From: Vitrella brassicaformis CCMP3155
Taxonomy: Eukaryota > Protista > Chromerida
Length of the DNA: 56,691 nucleotides
Direction: 5' to 3'
Assembly: GCA_001179505.1 (NCBI GenBank)
Contig: CDMY01000533.1
Location: 1 to 56,691 of the forward strand
Shown here: one piece after another, positions 29,400 through 42,900 of the stretch
How the letters are laid out: every line of letters starts with the position of its first letter
Numbering within the stretch: position 1 is the first letter of the stretch
Program-made: the position numbers and the translations under genes
The notes under the pieces: generated by a model
Seen by the model: only the letters and a program-made list of their open reading frames with translations
The model's database searches: none
Told to the model about the DNA's origin: nothing

Positions 29400-29643
29400 C
29401 GAGACACAAGTGTGAAAACGCCAATCCGATGCACGCGCTGGATGTCGTGACAACCAGCGATATTCATTGTGAGCTCAGCCCAGGGTAGAGAACGACATCA
29501 TTCATCTGAGGGAATGGCTGGAGTGCCCTTGTCTACGTGTCCAGTAAAGGTCGGCACCAAGACACGGACCAAATAGAAAATGTCTGTAAGCCCGACTGTC
29601 TCCCCTTTGCGGACAAGTACGGTGGAATCACCCTTGAGACATT
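29400..29643 (+). repeat. Segment S, copy 2 (direct relative to 12899-13140)
   Basis: Direct sequence match, more diverged than copy 3. Confidence 0.88.
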
Positions 29644-29914
29644 AGTGCGCGATGACAGCGCACATTTTGACATTATTTCAGTCATGTGGCAAAAATCATG
29701 TCAAAAGATCTCTTCTCGTAAGCATGGTCTCCCGGTCTTTGAGAGGAAGAAAGAAAGAGGAAAAGGAAAAAAGGGACGACGATTCCCCGTAAAACGCCTG
29801 GCTCAGAGCCGTGGTTTTTGTGCACTGTTTCCCCGCCTCGTTTGACGATTCAGACTCCAGATAAGATCTTTGGTCGCCCTTTCTTCTGTGAATGCCAATT
29901 TCGACTCCCTGTAG

Positions 29915-31265
29915 ATGTTCCCCGGAGCGGAGGCGTCGGTTGTTTGTCTGTTGTGTGCGTTGTCAGCTGTCCAAGTGCAACGAGTTGCCGGGTTCGCGTC
30001 GCCTTGGCCTGTTGGCAGAAACCTCGTGGGACAAAGCAGGGCGACTTCTTCGGCGGTGCACCGACAGCCGACACGCCTGGTGGGCTGATGGGAAGATGCA
30101 GCCATCTGGCACAAGTGATGTGCACCTCTCTCTTTGTGTGTCTGTGTCCGGTGTGTTCGTCAGTGGTCAGCAGGCGGCAAGTCAGAGGAAGATCAACAGC
30201 TGGTACACAGAATCACTCAGGCATCAGGAGGGGACGGCTGATCACCTGGGCCCTGTGTGTGAGTGAGTGCAGGAGACGGTTATCGCCGCTCGCAAGAAAC
30301 AGTTTGCCGAGGACTTAGCTGTCATTGACAAAAATCTGAAGTGGTTCCAAAACGAACTGGACACGTTCCACATCAACTTTCCGAACCCGTCAAAGGTCGT
30401 CCTCACTCAGTATCGGCATCACCTGGAGAAGGAGGTCGCAAGGCGCCAGAAGGAGCGGGAGAAGCTGATCGCCAAACGTAAGTGATCCCGAACTCGACCA
30501 AGGCTGGCTGGGCACAGCGGGATTAACGCAGCGTTTCATTGATTTCTGGTTGACCTTTTCGCCATCAGACGAGGAATGGCTGCAGAAGGTCCGAGAGCAC
30601 GGCCTCCCTCACGGTATGCACACGAAACCGGCTGGCAGCTGGGCAACGGCACGCGAACATTCGTGTCTTTTGTGTGTGTGCGTACGTTTTGCGTGCTTCA
30701 TCAGCAGAGGAGCCCAAGGACGAGCCAGAAACAGTCGAGTCGCTCCGAAAGAGAGTGCGGGAGTTGGAGGAGACCGTTCGTTCGATGGAGCGGGCCCAGA
30801 GNNNNNNNNNNNNNNNNNNNNNNNNNNNNNNNNNNNNNNNNNNNNNNNNNNNNNNNNNNNNNNNNNNNNNNNNNNNNNNNNNNNNNNNNNNNNNNNNNNN
30901 NNNNNNNNNNNNNNNNNNNNNNNNNNNNNNNNNNNNNNNNNNNNNNNNNNNNNNNNNNNNNNNNNNNNNNNNNNNNNNNNNNNNNNNNNNNNNNNNNNNN
31001 NNNNNNNNNNNNNNNNNNNNNNNNNNNNNNNNNNNNNNNNNNNNNNNNNNNNNNNNNNNNNNNNNNNNNNNNNNNNNNNNNNNNNNNNNNNNNNNNNNNN
31101 NGGAAGCTGAAAATTGGCTATGCCTTGACCCTATTGTTGTTGCGCGGTCTCTCTCTCTTTGCGTTCGTGTGTGTATGGGTTTTAATTGCGTGGTTTTTCC
31201 GTTTTTGTTTTCTGTGCCTCGTGAGCAATACACACACATGGATGAGACACGCGTGTGCAAGCTGA
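29915..31265 (+). CDS. Family X copy 3 (last exon interrupted by assembly gap)
   Basis: MFPGAEASVVCLLCALSAVQVQRVAGFASPW...TRL|WSAGGKSEEDQQL|ETVIAARKKQFAEDL...LIAK|HEEWLQKVREHGLPH|AEEPKDEPETV...; near-identical to inverted copy 1. Confidence 0.7.
30802..31101. other. Assembly gap (300 N)
   Basis: Run of N; the flanks align to paralog positions only ~47 bp apart. Confidence 1.
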
Positions 31266-31304
31266 TCCAATCATGATCGCCTCACCAGATTCATGTGCTG
31301 CACG

Positions 31305-31500
31305 AATGTCTCAAGGATGATTCCACCGTACTTTTCAGCGAAGGGAGACCGTCGGGCTAACAGTCATTTTCTATTTGGTCCGTGTCTTGGTGCCGACCTT
31401 TATTGGACAGGTCGACAAGGGCACTCCAGCCATTCATTCAGATGAATGATGTCGTTCTATGCCCCGAGCTGTAGCTCACAATAAATATCTCTGGTTGTCA
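31305..31500 (-). repeat. Segment S, copy 3 (inverted)
   Basis: Near-identical reverse complement of ~12946-13140. Confidence 0.9.
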
Positions 31501-31696
31501 CAAAAATCATGTCCCTCTTCGCAAGCATGGGGTCCGGAGTCCGGACGATTCCCCGTAAAATCTGACGCAGACCTCAACAGACCAACATCAGATTCTTCAG
31601 ATCTCTTGACCTCATGATGATCCCTTGCTTTGGACGTGGCTTGCATTCGTAAGTATTGCTCCTGAAGGCCTTCCCAGCCCTTCCGCGCGTAACATC

Positions 31697-33948
31697 ATGG
31701 GGCCTCGCCACAATCTGTTGGCGTGCCTTCTTCTGGTTGGGCTCTTCGGCTGCCCACCCACGTCCGCATGGGGGCTCAACCACACACGCGAGCACCTCCT
31801 GAGAAGGCTGCTTGGTAATGAAAAATGGCCCCCTTTCTCATGCCTGCCGTCTCCTGACATTGGTGCAGGTCCTCCTGAGGTATCTGGGGCGTGCAGGTGC
31901 TCTTCATGCGCCGACAAATATGGCCATCATGTGGACATACCGATGAAAGAGAGCCTCAGCGATGAGGATCGGCGTCTCAGCTGCGCCGCTCTGTGCGCGA
32001 GTGATCCAACATGCACCGGTTTTGAGGTGTGGCTAGCGCCTCGAGAGTCCAACTGTGAGGTGCATTGGACACCCATCGACTGGATTGACACATCGGCAGA
32101 CAACATCGAATGCTTCCCCAGACGAGGTGCGCAGATGTACTGATGTGCTGTCTGTGTCACCATGCCTCTTGATGTGGTGCCTGTGCGGTGTTTGCGTCTC
32201 GCTCTCTTAGGCTATGCGCCGGTGGATCTTGTAATTCTGCTTGATCGGTCTCTGTCGGTGAAAAGTAATGGGTGGAGCCTGGAGACGGAATTCACGCGAA
32301 AGCTGCTGGACGCGCTGCCCATTGCCCCGGGAGAGATCAACGTGGCCATTATCCACTTTGGAGCCGACACCTACTATGCCATGCCAGATGAGGTTCATAG
32401 CCACAAAGCCACATCCCCACGCTACAGAATGTCGGTTATCCCATATGTTGCCTATGCAGGCAATGTCGTCCTCTGGCGACTTCATCCAGACAAAGGAGGA
32501 GGCCCTGACGGCCATTGACAACCTTGCCGTCCTCGAGCTCGAGTACGGCACGGACCTCATCGGTGCTCTGCATGCCATGATCACCGTGCTCAAGACCAAG
32601 AGCCGCAAGGCCAAGCAGCAGGGAGAGCTGGTGTCGGTGGTGCCGTGGTTCGCCGTGATTATCACTGATGGCGAGAACACGCACCGCTGCAAGGAGGTCT
32701 CTGGGGAGACCTTCTGCATGCCGTCTGGGGAGTTCGTGAAGTGGAAGCATCACCCCAACTACCGCGGCAAGAACCCCTCATGGGTGGAGCAGAAGATGGA
32801 CCATGTCCTGGTATGTGGAAGGGGAAGGAATAGCCGCACAAATATGTTCTGGTCCCTGAGGGTTTGTCTGTGTGTTAGGCTGAGGTGCCTGAAGTGCGTC
32901 GTTTCTGCATCGGAGTGCGGCTCAAGACACAGAGAGGCCGGGTGAGCGATACACCGATGGATGCACACGTGTGGACGGGATGTCTGCGTGTCAGGATGAT
33001 TTGTGGGCGATGGCGAGCATCCTGAAGGAGGACCATGTGTTTGAGATCCTGAGCTTCGAGCTGCTTGACTACCTCATCGAACAACTGCTCATCCTCATTG
33101 GCTCATTCGAAAGTCAGTCAGTCAGCCAGCGACTGTCAGCCAGCCATTGATTAAGAGGAGGCATTTCTGCATGTGCGCGTGTGTGTGGTACGTGTCAGTC
33201 TGCGGGATAGAGAAGGAGTGGACTGAATGGATTTGCAACGTCGAGTGCGGCCAAGGCAGATACGTCCGGACTCGGATCGAGCGGGTGATGTCCTCACAAA
33301 GAGACCAACAAACGAACCAACGAACGACGGAAGGAGCACCATCGTTGATGGTTGTCCATGTCAATCAGGTGAGCCTGGGGCGTGATTGTGTCGGTGTGGG
33401 TGAGGGGACGTGGACGCGCGTGGTCAAGGAGTTCGACGAGACAGGCGGCATCTGCATCAACCCAAAAATGCCCGTCTGCCCTGACGGTCACGACGTTATC
33501 TGCCGCATTTTGTTGCTGGGCCTCGTGACCTACCCCGAGCTGGTCAAGTTCCTCATCAAACACATCGAGTGGTTTGAAGATATCATCACCAGCTGCGTCC
33601 ACATCAGTAATAATAACAAGTAACCGATACCAAAGGGAGCGATAGGTCCTCTCTGTCTGCAGGCACGTATTGCCCGATGCTGAACGTGACGTACATCAAC
33701 CCGCCGCCGTCATTCCTCGAGCACGTGTACCCGGCCTCGTATTTCGAGCTGATAAGCGAGGAGCTGATACTGCCGACGGTGGACCACACAGTGGAGTTCC
33801 AGGACATCCACAGGGCCCTCACGCACAGCGCGGCCATACCCAATGGAGTGGGCGACATCCACCTCAAGATGGCACACATGTTCACTGACGCGCCGCTCGT
33901 ACAGGTGGATCGATAGATGCATATACACATACACATCCAGATACACAG

Positions 33949-33991
<43 letters not shown>

Positions 33992-36900
33992 AAATACATA
34001 CACACATGCATACGTACATGTACGCGGTTGTTGTGTCTCGTGTCATATACGGACCCCGTCCGTGTGCAGGTGTTTCGAGTGACGACCCAGCGACAGTTCT
34101 CGCCCCTGCTGCCCAAAGAGGTGATCGACATGCTCGCGCACTGCGAAGGAGGTATGCATGCCACACACACACACACTGAAGACACCACCGTTGGATTCCA
34201 CTGCGTCTTTGCCCGGGCAGTGAGTGAGTGCGGCAACAAGGCGGGCATCGAGGGAGTGCTGTCGTCAAAGCTGCCGTCGGCCACATTCACACTTACGGAT
34301 GAGTCGTCTAGCGATCGATTCGCCGCCAAGCTGCAGTGCGTGACGCGGGAAGACGCAGAAGACAACCCGTACGACAACCCCCTGCCACCCACACCAGCAC
34401 CGCCACAAGAGAAACTCAGAGGTGACTCACCCACTGATTGACTCCCACACCCACGCACTCAAGCACACACCTGACTGTTTGTCTTTTGTCCCAGTGTGTC
34501 AGGATCTGAGTGAGTGGTCCGATTGGGAGTGTAACGCCGAGTGTGGCAAGGCCAGCCACGTGCGGACCAGACGGGAGAGGGTCGTCTTTGACACCTCGTG
34601 TGACGACGCCGAGGCGTCTCCATGGGACCGCCGAGCAAAGGAGTTCCGCGTGCCGTCGTCACCCGGTGATGATGGCCTCTGCCGCAGCGACCTTACTCGA
34701 TGCGCTTTCGGTCAGTGAATGGATGAATCCAATCGTCATGGATGTCTTGTCGTGTCGATGTCTGCAGGTGAGCGCACCAAGTGTGGTGGGTGGTATGCGG
34801 CAGCCCCTCACCGGCACTTCGAGTCGTTCCTCTCCGACCTCACAGGCACCTCATGCACCAAAATCAGTGAGACAACGAAAAAGAAAGAGACAGAATTCGC
34901 CACGAATCCTTCGTTCGTCAGGCCAGTACTGCCACCACATGAGCGTGACTTTCGATCCCGGCCACAAGGGGTGCAATCCGTGGTTGGACCTCCTCGAGAC
35001 CTTCTCGCCCGCACCTTTCCTCCTCACGTCAGAGCAGCTCTTCCTGAACGAGACTGCGCACACACTGCGGTATGTAATGGTTGAGACCGCCCAGTCGTCC
35101 TCCCAGTGCCTGAAGGACAGCATTGTGCTGGAGATGGGCAACCTCTACACATACAGGCCAACCATACGCGTAAGTGAGCCAAGCCATGCCAAGCCAAGCC
35201 AAGCCAAGGATAAGAAAAGTGGCTCCACGTGCTCGTCTTCTCTGTGCAGGTCTACCAGTCCTTACCTGGTGGTGGCCGTCTGCTGATCGCCTCATGCACA
35301 GGAGACACACGAACAGGAGCCAACACCAACACAGGTCAGCACAGAGAGAGAAAGAGAGAGGCAAAGAGGGAGCCGGAAACATGCCACACCCACAAATGCG
35401 GTGACTAGGGCTGCATTGTCTGCATTAGCTTGCAGGTGGGTCCCCAATCGCGTGCGACAGCGTCGGCACTCTCGAGGCGCTCGTCAAAGACCAGCGGCAC
35501 CAGGCAACCCTCACGCTGCAGGACGATGCATCGACAACCGTCGAGGTGCAGATGCAATGCATGAGCGACGCGGACCCCGACACGGGACAGCTGCCAGACG
35601 ACCCAAGTGAGCCCTGATATCCCGTGGGTGACCCGCACACCTTTATATGCCCAATTGTTATCCTCAATGCCCGGATGTGTGCAGTGGCCGTCGCGGAGAA
35701 CTTCAGTGAGTGGACTGAGGCCATTTGCACGGCGGCGTGCGGCGTCGGAAAACTCCTCAAGTCAAGGAGACAACTGGTCAGTATGTCGGAAAATCTATCC
35801 ATGTGTGCGTGGGTGTGTGTGATTGCCGCATGTGTCCTTCGTTATCAGGTGAGCCGTCGAGGGTGTTTCATCCGCGGCTTGTACAGGAAGCTGTTCCGTC
35901 GGTGGATGCGCAAGGCCAAGGAATTCGACCTGCCAGTCACGCCTGAATTCTGCAGCCCATACACATGTATGTACGTGCGCACACAGACAGGCATACTCGG
36001 CAGAACATGCGTGTGTATCCATTCAGGTCCCGAAGTGGAGTGCAGCATCCCTTATCCGCTCTTCCCCATCACAAACAGACCTGAACCCAACGATAAACGC
36101 AACTGCCTCTCAGAAGGTACGCGGCTGCATCGGGGGGAGCAGGTGACGACGCTTCTCCATTTCCTTCCATGGCATATATGTAATATGCAGCTGATTTCAT
36201 CACCGGCCTGATCGCCACGTACGACATCGACTATGCCTCCGGCCCCCTGGCCACCCTCCCCGCCCTCTCGCCACAAGAGTTCGGCCTGCACCGGATTGAC
36301 AACACAGACAACGGCAAGTGTATGCTGCTCAGTTACCGCAGCGGCCAGGGGTTGGCTGGCAGCAGCGGCAGCAACATCGAGCTGGACTTCAACGAGATGG
36401 ACACGGACAATCCCACAAGAGTGCAGCTGTACGACCGGGGTGAGGGGAACGGCACCACGACCGCGACGATGCTCGGAAGCTGCGACGGCGACTCCAGGCT
36501 CATTGCTGAAGGTGAGCGTTGAGTGTTGCAGGACATATCAGCATGCTGTGATTGCGTGCCACGTAGGTCCCAGCTGCACCTCCTTCCTGGGACCCGGCAG
36601 CCTGGCGATCATCTTCTACCGGGCCTACGAGCCGGACACTTTCTCGTTCGTAACGTTCGTGTCCATCTGTCAGGGCACACAGGTCGTCTTCACCAACAAC
36701 GGGTGGAAGCGGGATGACGGCGGCTTCAGAGAGAGCGAGGACCGCTTCACCTGGACGGCGCCCACGGAGGTGACGCCCGGCGAGGTGATCACTTTCATGA
36801 GCCTCATCGCCGCAAGCTACCTGCGGCTCGGTGACAATGGCGACCAGATCTTTGCGTACCAAGAGCGCAGTGATGGGGAAATTGTGTTCATTTATGGGGT

Positions 36901-39900
36901 GAACAACAAAGGGGAGAAGGTGTGGCAGGATGACGCCACAAACGACAAGACGTCCAGCCTGCCGTCGATACTGGCCAAGGGGCCTTTCCACATGCCGCTG
37001 AAACAGAACCCCTGCATACGGTAGCGATGCAGACGGACAGGACAACACACACACAGACAGGTCAATATTGATGTCTCTCTCTCTCTTTTTCTGTGCGTGT
37101 GTGAATGTCGTCTTTGCAGGTATCTGGGTCCGACCGAGGGGTCGACGGCCTTTCTGCTGTCGAGCATCGCTGACCATGGGCACTGGGGCTGGACGGACAA
37201 CACCGACGACACATTCATTCCCGCATGCCCATTCGCAATCACCGACGCAGGGCAACCAGGTCCGTCATCATATGACACGGACAAGAGACATATTTTTTGT
37301 GCCTGTGCAGAGAGTGGCTTTTACAGCGGGTCGAGTGCGTGCGAGAACATGGAACAGGTGACGATGGTGCTGATGAACGAGGCCCCCGAGGCGTCGCTGA
37401 CACTCTTCTCAGAACAGGGTGACCAGGTGCGCATGGTCCTCACGCCCGCCGCACCCGCACTCGAAGAGCCACAGCCACCAGACAACACCACCGAGCCGGG
37501 CCCCAAGCCGACAGCCCGGCCCCCTCCGCCCCCCAACGGCACCACCGATGCCGCGTCGTATGTGTTTGAGGGTGGGGAGGTGCTCAATTGCGACGGCAGC
37601 GGTATGGAGCTGTGCATCCCGCTGGCCAACGAGGGGCAGCACATCAACAGCTGGACCTGGAACAACATGGACGACACACAGACCTGCAGGTCGACCATCC
37701 GATGGCGCCAGCCGCCCGGCGTCGAGGCCTCGTCTTTGTACAGCTGTCTCTGGGCACCCCTTGCGCAGAACCCATGCAATGGTGTCCAAGAGACCACCGT
37801 GTGGACGTCACCGGACCACCCCGACGTCCCGTACATACTCATACGCAACACAGCCGGGTCAGCCAGACACACAAACCAAGAGAGAGGAGAGACCGAGGTG
37901 GAGAGTGGCATTTGTGCAGGATAGCGAAGGGTGAGGTGATCATATCTCCTGGGGACACTAGTGTGCGCTACACAGTGGAGTGTCTGTACCAGGGTGGATA
38001 TGGCACCTCAGTCGTGGTGGCCACGGACCAGAGGCAGGCCGTCGTCATACACGGTGAGCCCTGTCTGTCAACCACCCTTCATCACACCGTGGCCACATGC
38101 AAGTGATGTCTCCCGTGTCTCGTCCCTCTCTCTTTCACAGACTTGCCGCTCGGCGCCGTGGCGTCCTTCACATTCGACCAAGGCCTGGCACGCAACCTCG
38201 TCTCAGCATCACGACCTCCCTTCGCCCTCTCAGCAACCGACATGGCCTACAACGGCCCCACAGTGATCAGAGACGGCCTGACAATCCTCTCGGAGTGCAC
38301 CACAGCGTCATTCCAGCTCTTTACCAAGGCGGATGGCACCAGCAGCAGCGACATCGAGGCCTTCACTGTGGTAATGTCAGTCCGTGTGGACACGTGGCCG
38401 GAGGGGTGGGACAGCGCAGTGCCGCTGCTAAGTGTGACGAGGGGAGAAGGGGGCGACTCTGTGGCGCTGCTGGATGCGATCGCCGCGAATGCGACCACGG
38501 GGGACGACCCGAGATGCCCCAATGTGGGCGAGGTCAGGGCGAGCACTGTGTGTGCGGCGGGGCTGGACGTCACCGTCCTGACGCCGCTCACCCTCATTTT
38601 CACCACGGTAAGACGAGGGCGGACCAGGGAACCGCCATGTCTGCATTCATTGCCCTTCGGTTCATCAGACAGAGGGCCTGCGTGTGTACGTGGGGTCATC
38701 GAGGGTGTACAGTGACCCGGCTCTCCGAGTGGCGATTGATAAAACCTCCACATTCACCCTCGGCAGCCCCATGGGCAAGGTCCCCGATGAGACCGGGACC
38801 CTTTTGCAGTCGTGTGATGTTACTGTCGAGAGCCTCTACAGGGGACCGCAGCTCATCACGCCCGATGGGGTGTTCCCCGCACACGGGGCCACTGATGTGC
38901 CTCTGGACCAGCGCACCTTGGTGGCCTTCTTGGACCGGCAATTCACCGTCAATCGCCCCTTGCAGGTGAGACGATGACGGCAGATTTGGTCTGGTGGGTG
39001 TGAGCGCCTGTCTGTCTCTCTAGGTGATGGTCTTTACCATTCCCGCATCCACAATCGACGTGCCGAGCCCACCCCCCGTGTTTGTTGCCCGCTTCACCAA
39101 AAGAGGCGAAGGGAAAGGAGACATGAAGACGATGGTGTCGGTCAGGGAGTCGGTCATGACGGTCAGGCTGCCCCTGCACATGGTCCCGTCCACCCGGTAC
39201 CAAGTCGTCATCCCGGCGGGCAGCGTCGCAGACACACACGGGCAGCTGCTCAAGACGCGCATCGAATGGCGATTCACGACGACCGACGGTAGCCTCCCTG
39301 ACAACAGGTGACTGGCTGGATGGAACGCATGCGTGGAGGTGTGCTGATGTTGTGCTATGTCTCTTTGTGCAGCCCCCCCGTGCGTCTGTCATCCTCCTTC
39401 CCATCAAACGGAGTGACCGATGTGGACCCTAGAGGCCCGATCGTCATTCCCTTTGACGGGCCCGTCACACGTGGGTATGGCGCGATCACCATCCGGCCCA
39501 CGGACCACTCCAACGACACCCACCAATCATCGCTGCGCGACCTTGCCCTCACAATTGCCATCGAGGACAAGTCGCTTGTGCACGTCCAAGAAGACGTGAT
39601 GGTGGTCCACCTGCCGTCCCCCCTCTTCCCCTACACCACCTATGAGACACTGCTTCCCGCCTATTCCCTGTTCGACCATGCCGGCAACCCTCTGCAGCCC
39701 CCGGGCATCTACATCCGCTTCAGCACGTGGGACAACGAAACACTCGACGAGACGGCAGCAGAGGCAGGAGGCGTGCTCTCCCCCAATGAGTGGGACACAC
39801 AGCCGCCGTCGCTCTTGCACTTTACAAGCGTGTCCCCAACCGTCACCGACGTATACCTGGAGATGGTTTTCGATGAGGATGTCCGTGTTGTGCCGGGGTG

Positions 39901-42900
39901 GGTCTACATCGCCTCTGTGGAGGGGCTGGAAGAGAGACCGATGCCTGTGTGGCTGAGCAATGACGCTGTCGTGGGATCGCATCTAGTCGTCAGGGCGGCT
40001 GGTGTGGCTGCCGGCCTGGGGTATAGTGTCATTGTGCCCCGCAGCCGCATTCGAGACCACGCAGGCAACTTCTTTGCTGGACTGAGGTGAGGTGAGGTGG
40101 AAAGAGCGGACGCCGTGTCTCTGTCCTATGCATCAATTATGTCCGCGACACGCAGATACGGCGACAGGACCTTCACCGTCCCTCAGACGACCACCAGCCC
40201 TTCGCCGTTACGTCTCGTCCGTGACCTGTCCTACCCTCCCCCCGACTCCACCCGGCTGCCCCCCACCTCACCCGTCATCCTCACCTTCTCCCACGCCGTC
40301 TGCCGCCCCTCCTTTCCCTCATACATCCTCGTCAAGCCCGTCCAGGCGCCCGGCCGTTCAGCCATAGCGTCTCTTGTCGACACATCAGACAGCGAGCAGG
40401 TGCGCATCGAGGGGCCGTCCGTGTTTCTGAGCCTCAGGCCATGGCTCACGGGCGGCACTATATATGAGATGGTGCTGCTGGAGGGCACCTTAACCGACTG
40501 CAGGGGTGGCAGGTCTCCTCCAGTCGGGGAGAGTGTGGGAGGCGAGGCTTTTTCCTTCTCTGTCGGCGCGCCTACTGACGGCACACCACCCACATTGGTG
40601 CAGCTGTCGCCTGTTGCGGGTTCAGCTGACGTGGAGACATCGCTGCGATCGCTTGTGCTGGCTTTTGACGAGCCAGTCGTCATCGCGCCGCGAGCCACCC
40701 AGTCCATTGGGATATCCCGCGGCGGCCAATCAGATAGGGAGATAGGCCGTGAGCACGTTAAGGCGTTCGGGAGTGTTGTGGTGATTGAGCTGGAGAGTGC
40801 CTTGCGGCCCGGTGGCGATTATGGCGTGTCGATTCCCGTCGGGCTGATAATGGACTATGCCGGCAACGTCTTCAGCTTCTACAGCAAGTGGGAATTCAGC
40901 ACATCCGCTCTGCCGACGGCATCTGCCAGCCCTTTGGCTCTGCTGAGTGCCTTCCCGCAGAGCCTCGCAGTCGGTGAGCCGCTGACTCTTCTCTTCAACG
41001 AGACGATCAGCATACACGTCACCGGCCAGGCAATCGAAGTGCGGCCGACCAACGACGAGCACGCGCCATTCCACATTCGAGACGACGGCTATTTCTACCA
41101 AGGAGAGCTGGGGAGTGCGCAGTGGACCGAAGGAAAAGGGAGCCTCATTGCCACTGACGGCGGGCTGGCGGTGCTTTCCTTCCCCTACCCCCTGGGCCCA
41201 TCTCTCTCATACAATGTCACCCTTCCCGCCGGTCTATTCACTGGTCTAAACGGGTCTTTGTCAAGCGAGACGACCATCAGCATCGACCTCTCTGCAGCAG
41301 CCGATGCCGCCGATCAAGAGCCGCCTCGAGCACTGTATTTCTTTCCTCCGCCCGAGGGCATCCCTCTGGTGTCATCGGACATCATCGTGAGCTTCACAGA
41401 AGACATTGCCCCATCCCTCAATGTGGAAGAACAGCAGCAGGTCACCCTGAAGCCAGATGGAGGGGCCGAGGAAGCCGTCCCCTTCACGATCAAGGGCAGC
41501 GTGCTCATTGCGACGCCTGCATCGGTTCTGCAGCCGTCCACTGCATACACCCTGACCATCCCACAGACAGCCATCACCGACCTCTCGCGCAATCCCATGA
41601 CCGGCGATGTCGTCTACGCCTTCACGACCGGCCAGCCGCCATCCAGTGGTGAAGAAGAGGACACTCGTGGCCCGGCTGTGTTGCCTGGAGGCGTTTTGCC
41701 CCCACAGGACGCCACGGATGTCCCTCCCTCTGTGTCGTTCGTGGTGGTGTTTGACGGGCCTGTGATAGTTGTTGGGGGCGTGCTGGCGTTCGCCGCTGCT
41801 GAGAGGCCTGGCGTGGATCCCATCTTTGTGGATCTGCATGACGCCGAGAGAGTGTGGCTTGGCGGCAGTGCTGGCAACCACATCATGATTGTCGCTCTCG
41901 AGAGGCACCTGCTGCCAGACACACAGGTAGGAGGCGGGGAAACATGGATGGATGGATACACAATCTCTGATTGTGCGTGTCTGTGTGTGCAGTATACCGT
42001 GACAGGGCCACTGGGTCTTCTGGAGGATGCGTCAGGCAACGCTCTCACTTACGATGTCTCAACACAGGCAGGGCGATTCACAACCGGCGCCCCGTCAGCC
42101 GTCCCCCCAACGACGCTCACCACCCCGACCGCCCCCCTGGTCCTCAGCCACGCGGCCCCCATCCCTCCCGTGCAGCTCGACACACCCACGGGGGATATTA
42201 TCCTCTCCTTCCCTCACCCATTCACACGTGGCAGCGGGGTGATTGAGGTGGTTCCTGAATCGATCGACGGTCTGTGGCCCCCATCGCTGTCGTTCGATGC
42301 TGCCAAGCAGACGGCGACCGACATGGACGTCACGAGTGAGGGCCATGTGGGGCTGCTGGGCGGCGGGCGTGTTGTCAAGGTGCGGCTTGGGTCGGTGGGT
42401 GTGCGGCTCACTCAAGGGGGTGAGTACAGGATACGGTCGTCAGAGGGGGCCCTCTTGGTGAGTGAGTATGAAGACTGGAGAACGGACGACCTGAGACACA
42501 AATGTCTTCCCTGCCTTGGTTGCTTTCAGGCGCTTCAGGGCCGCAGCTCCCTGTCTGTCGATGCCTCCATATCAGTGGCCGATGCACCATTAACAGGAGA
42601 CACCGACGACGAAGAGGCATATGCCACCATTCAGCCGCAGAGCGTCACGCCCCCACGTCAATCAACCTCGCCGTCCTCCACCCCCGCATCTATCGTGCTG
42701 CACTTCCCCGCCCCTGTCATCGCCGCCGCCGCCGCGTGCCGCATCTTCGTGTGGCCCCACACACAGCAGGTGGCACCCGAGGGGAGAGCCGCTGTGGACA
42801 GCCAGGCTGTCATCGATCTGACAGACTCAGCAAAGGTGCAAAGCACGGTCAGAAAGGCTGAAATATGCCCCGTGACGTGACATGTGGTGTCTGTTGTGCT

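Noticed and set aside
29100-29660. Exon-like pieces upstream of and within segment S (DGMYMERWKCVARHKCENANPMHALD...)
   Set aside because: Stops and frame conflicts, no recognisable family; at most a degraded gene fragment.
12583-31560. Helitron or Pack-MULE as a single explanation for all captured fragments
   Set aside because: No TC...CTRR termini with a correctly spaced hairpin, no long TIRs with 9-bp TSD and no transposase or RepHel remnants were found.
38141-38606. Firm LamG/ConA call for ASFTFDQG...FTVVMSVRVDTWP
   Set aside because: Resemblance is partial; kept only as a tentative label.
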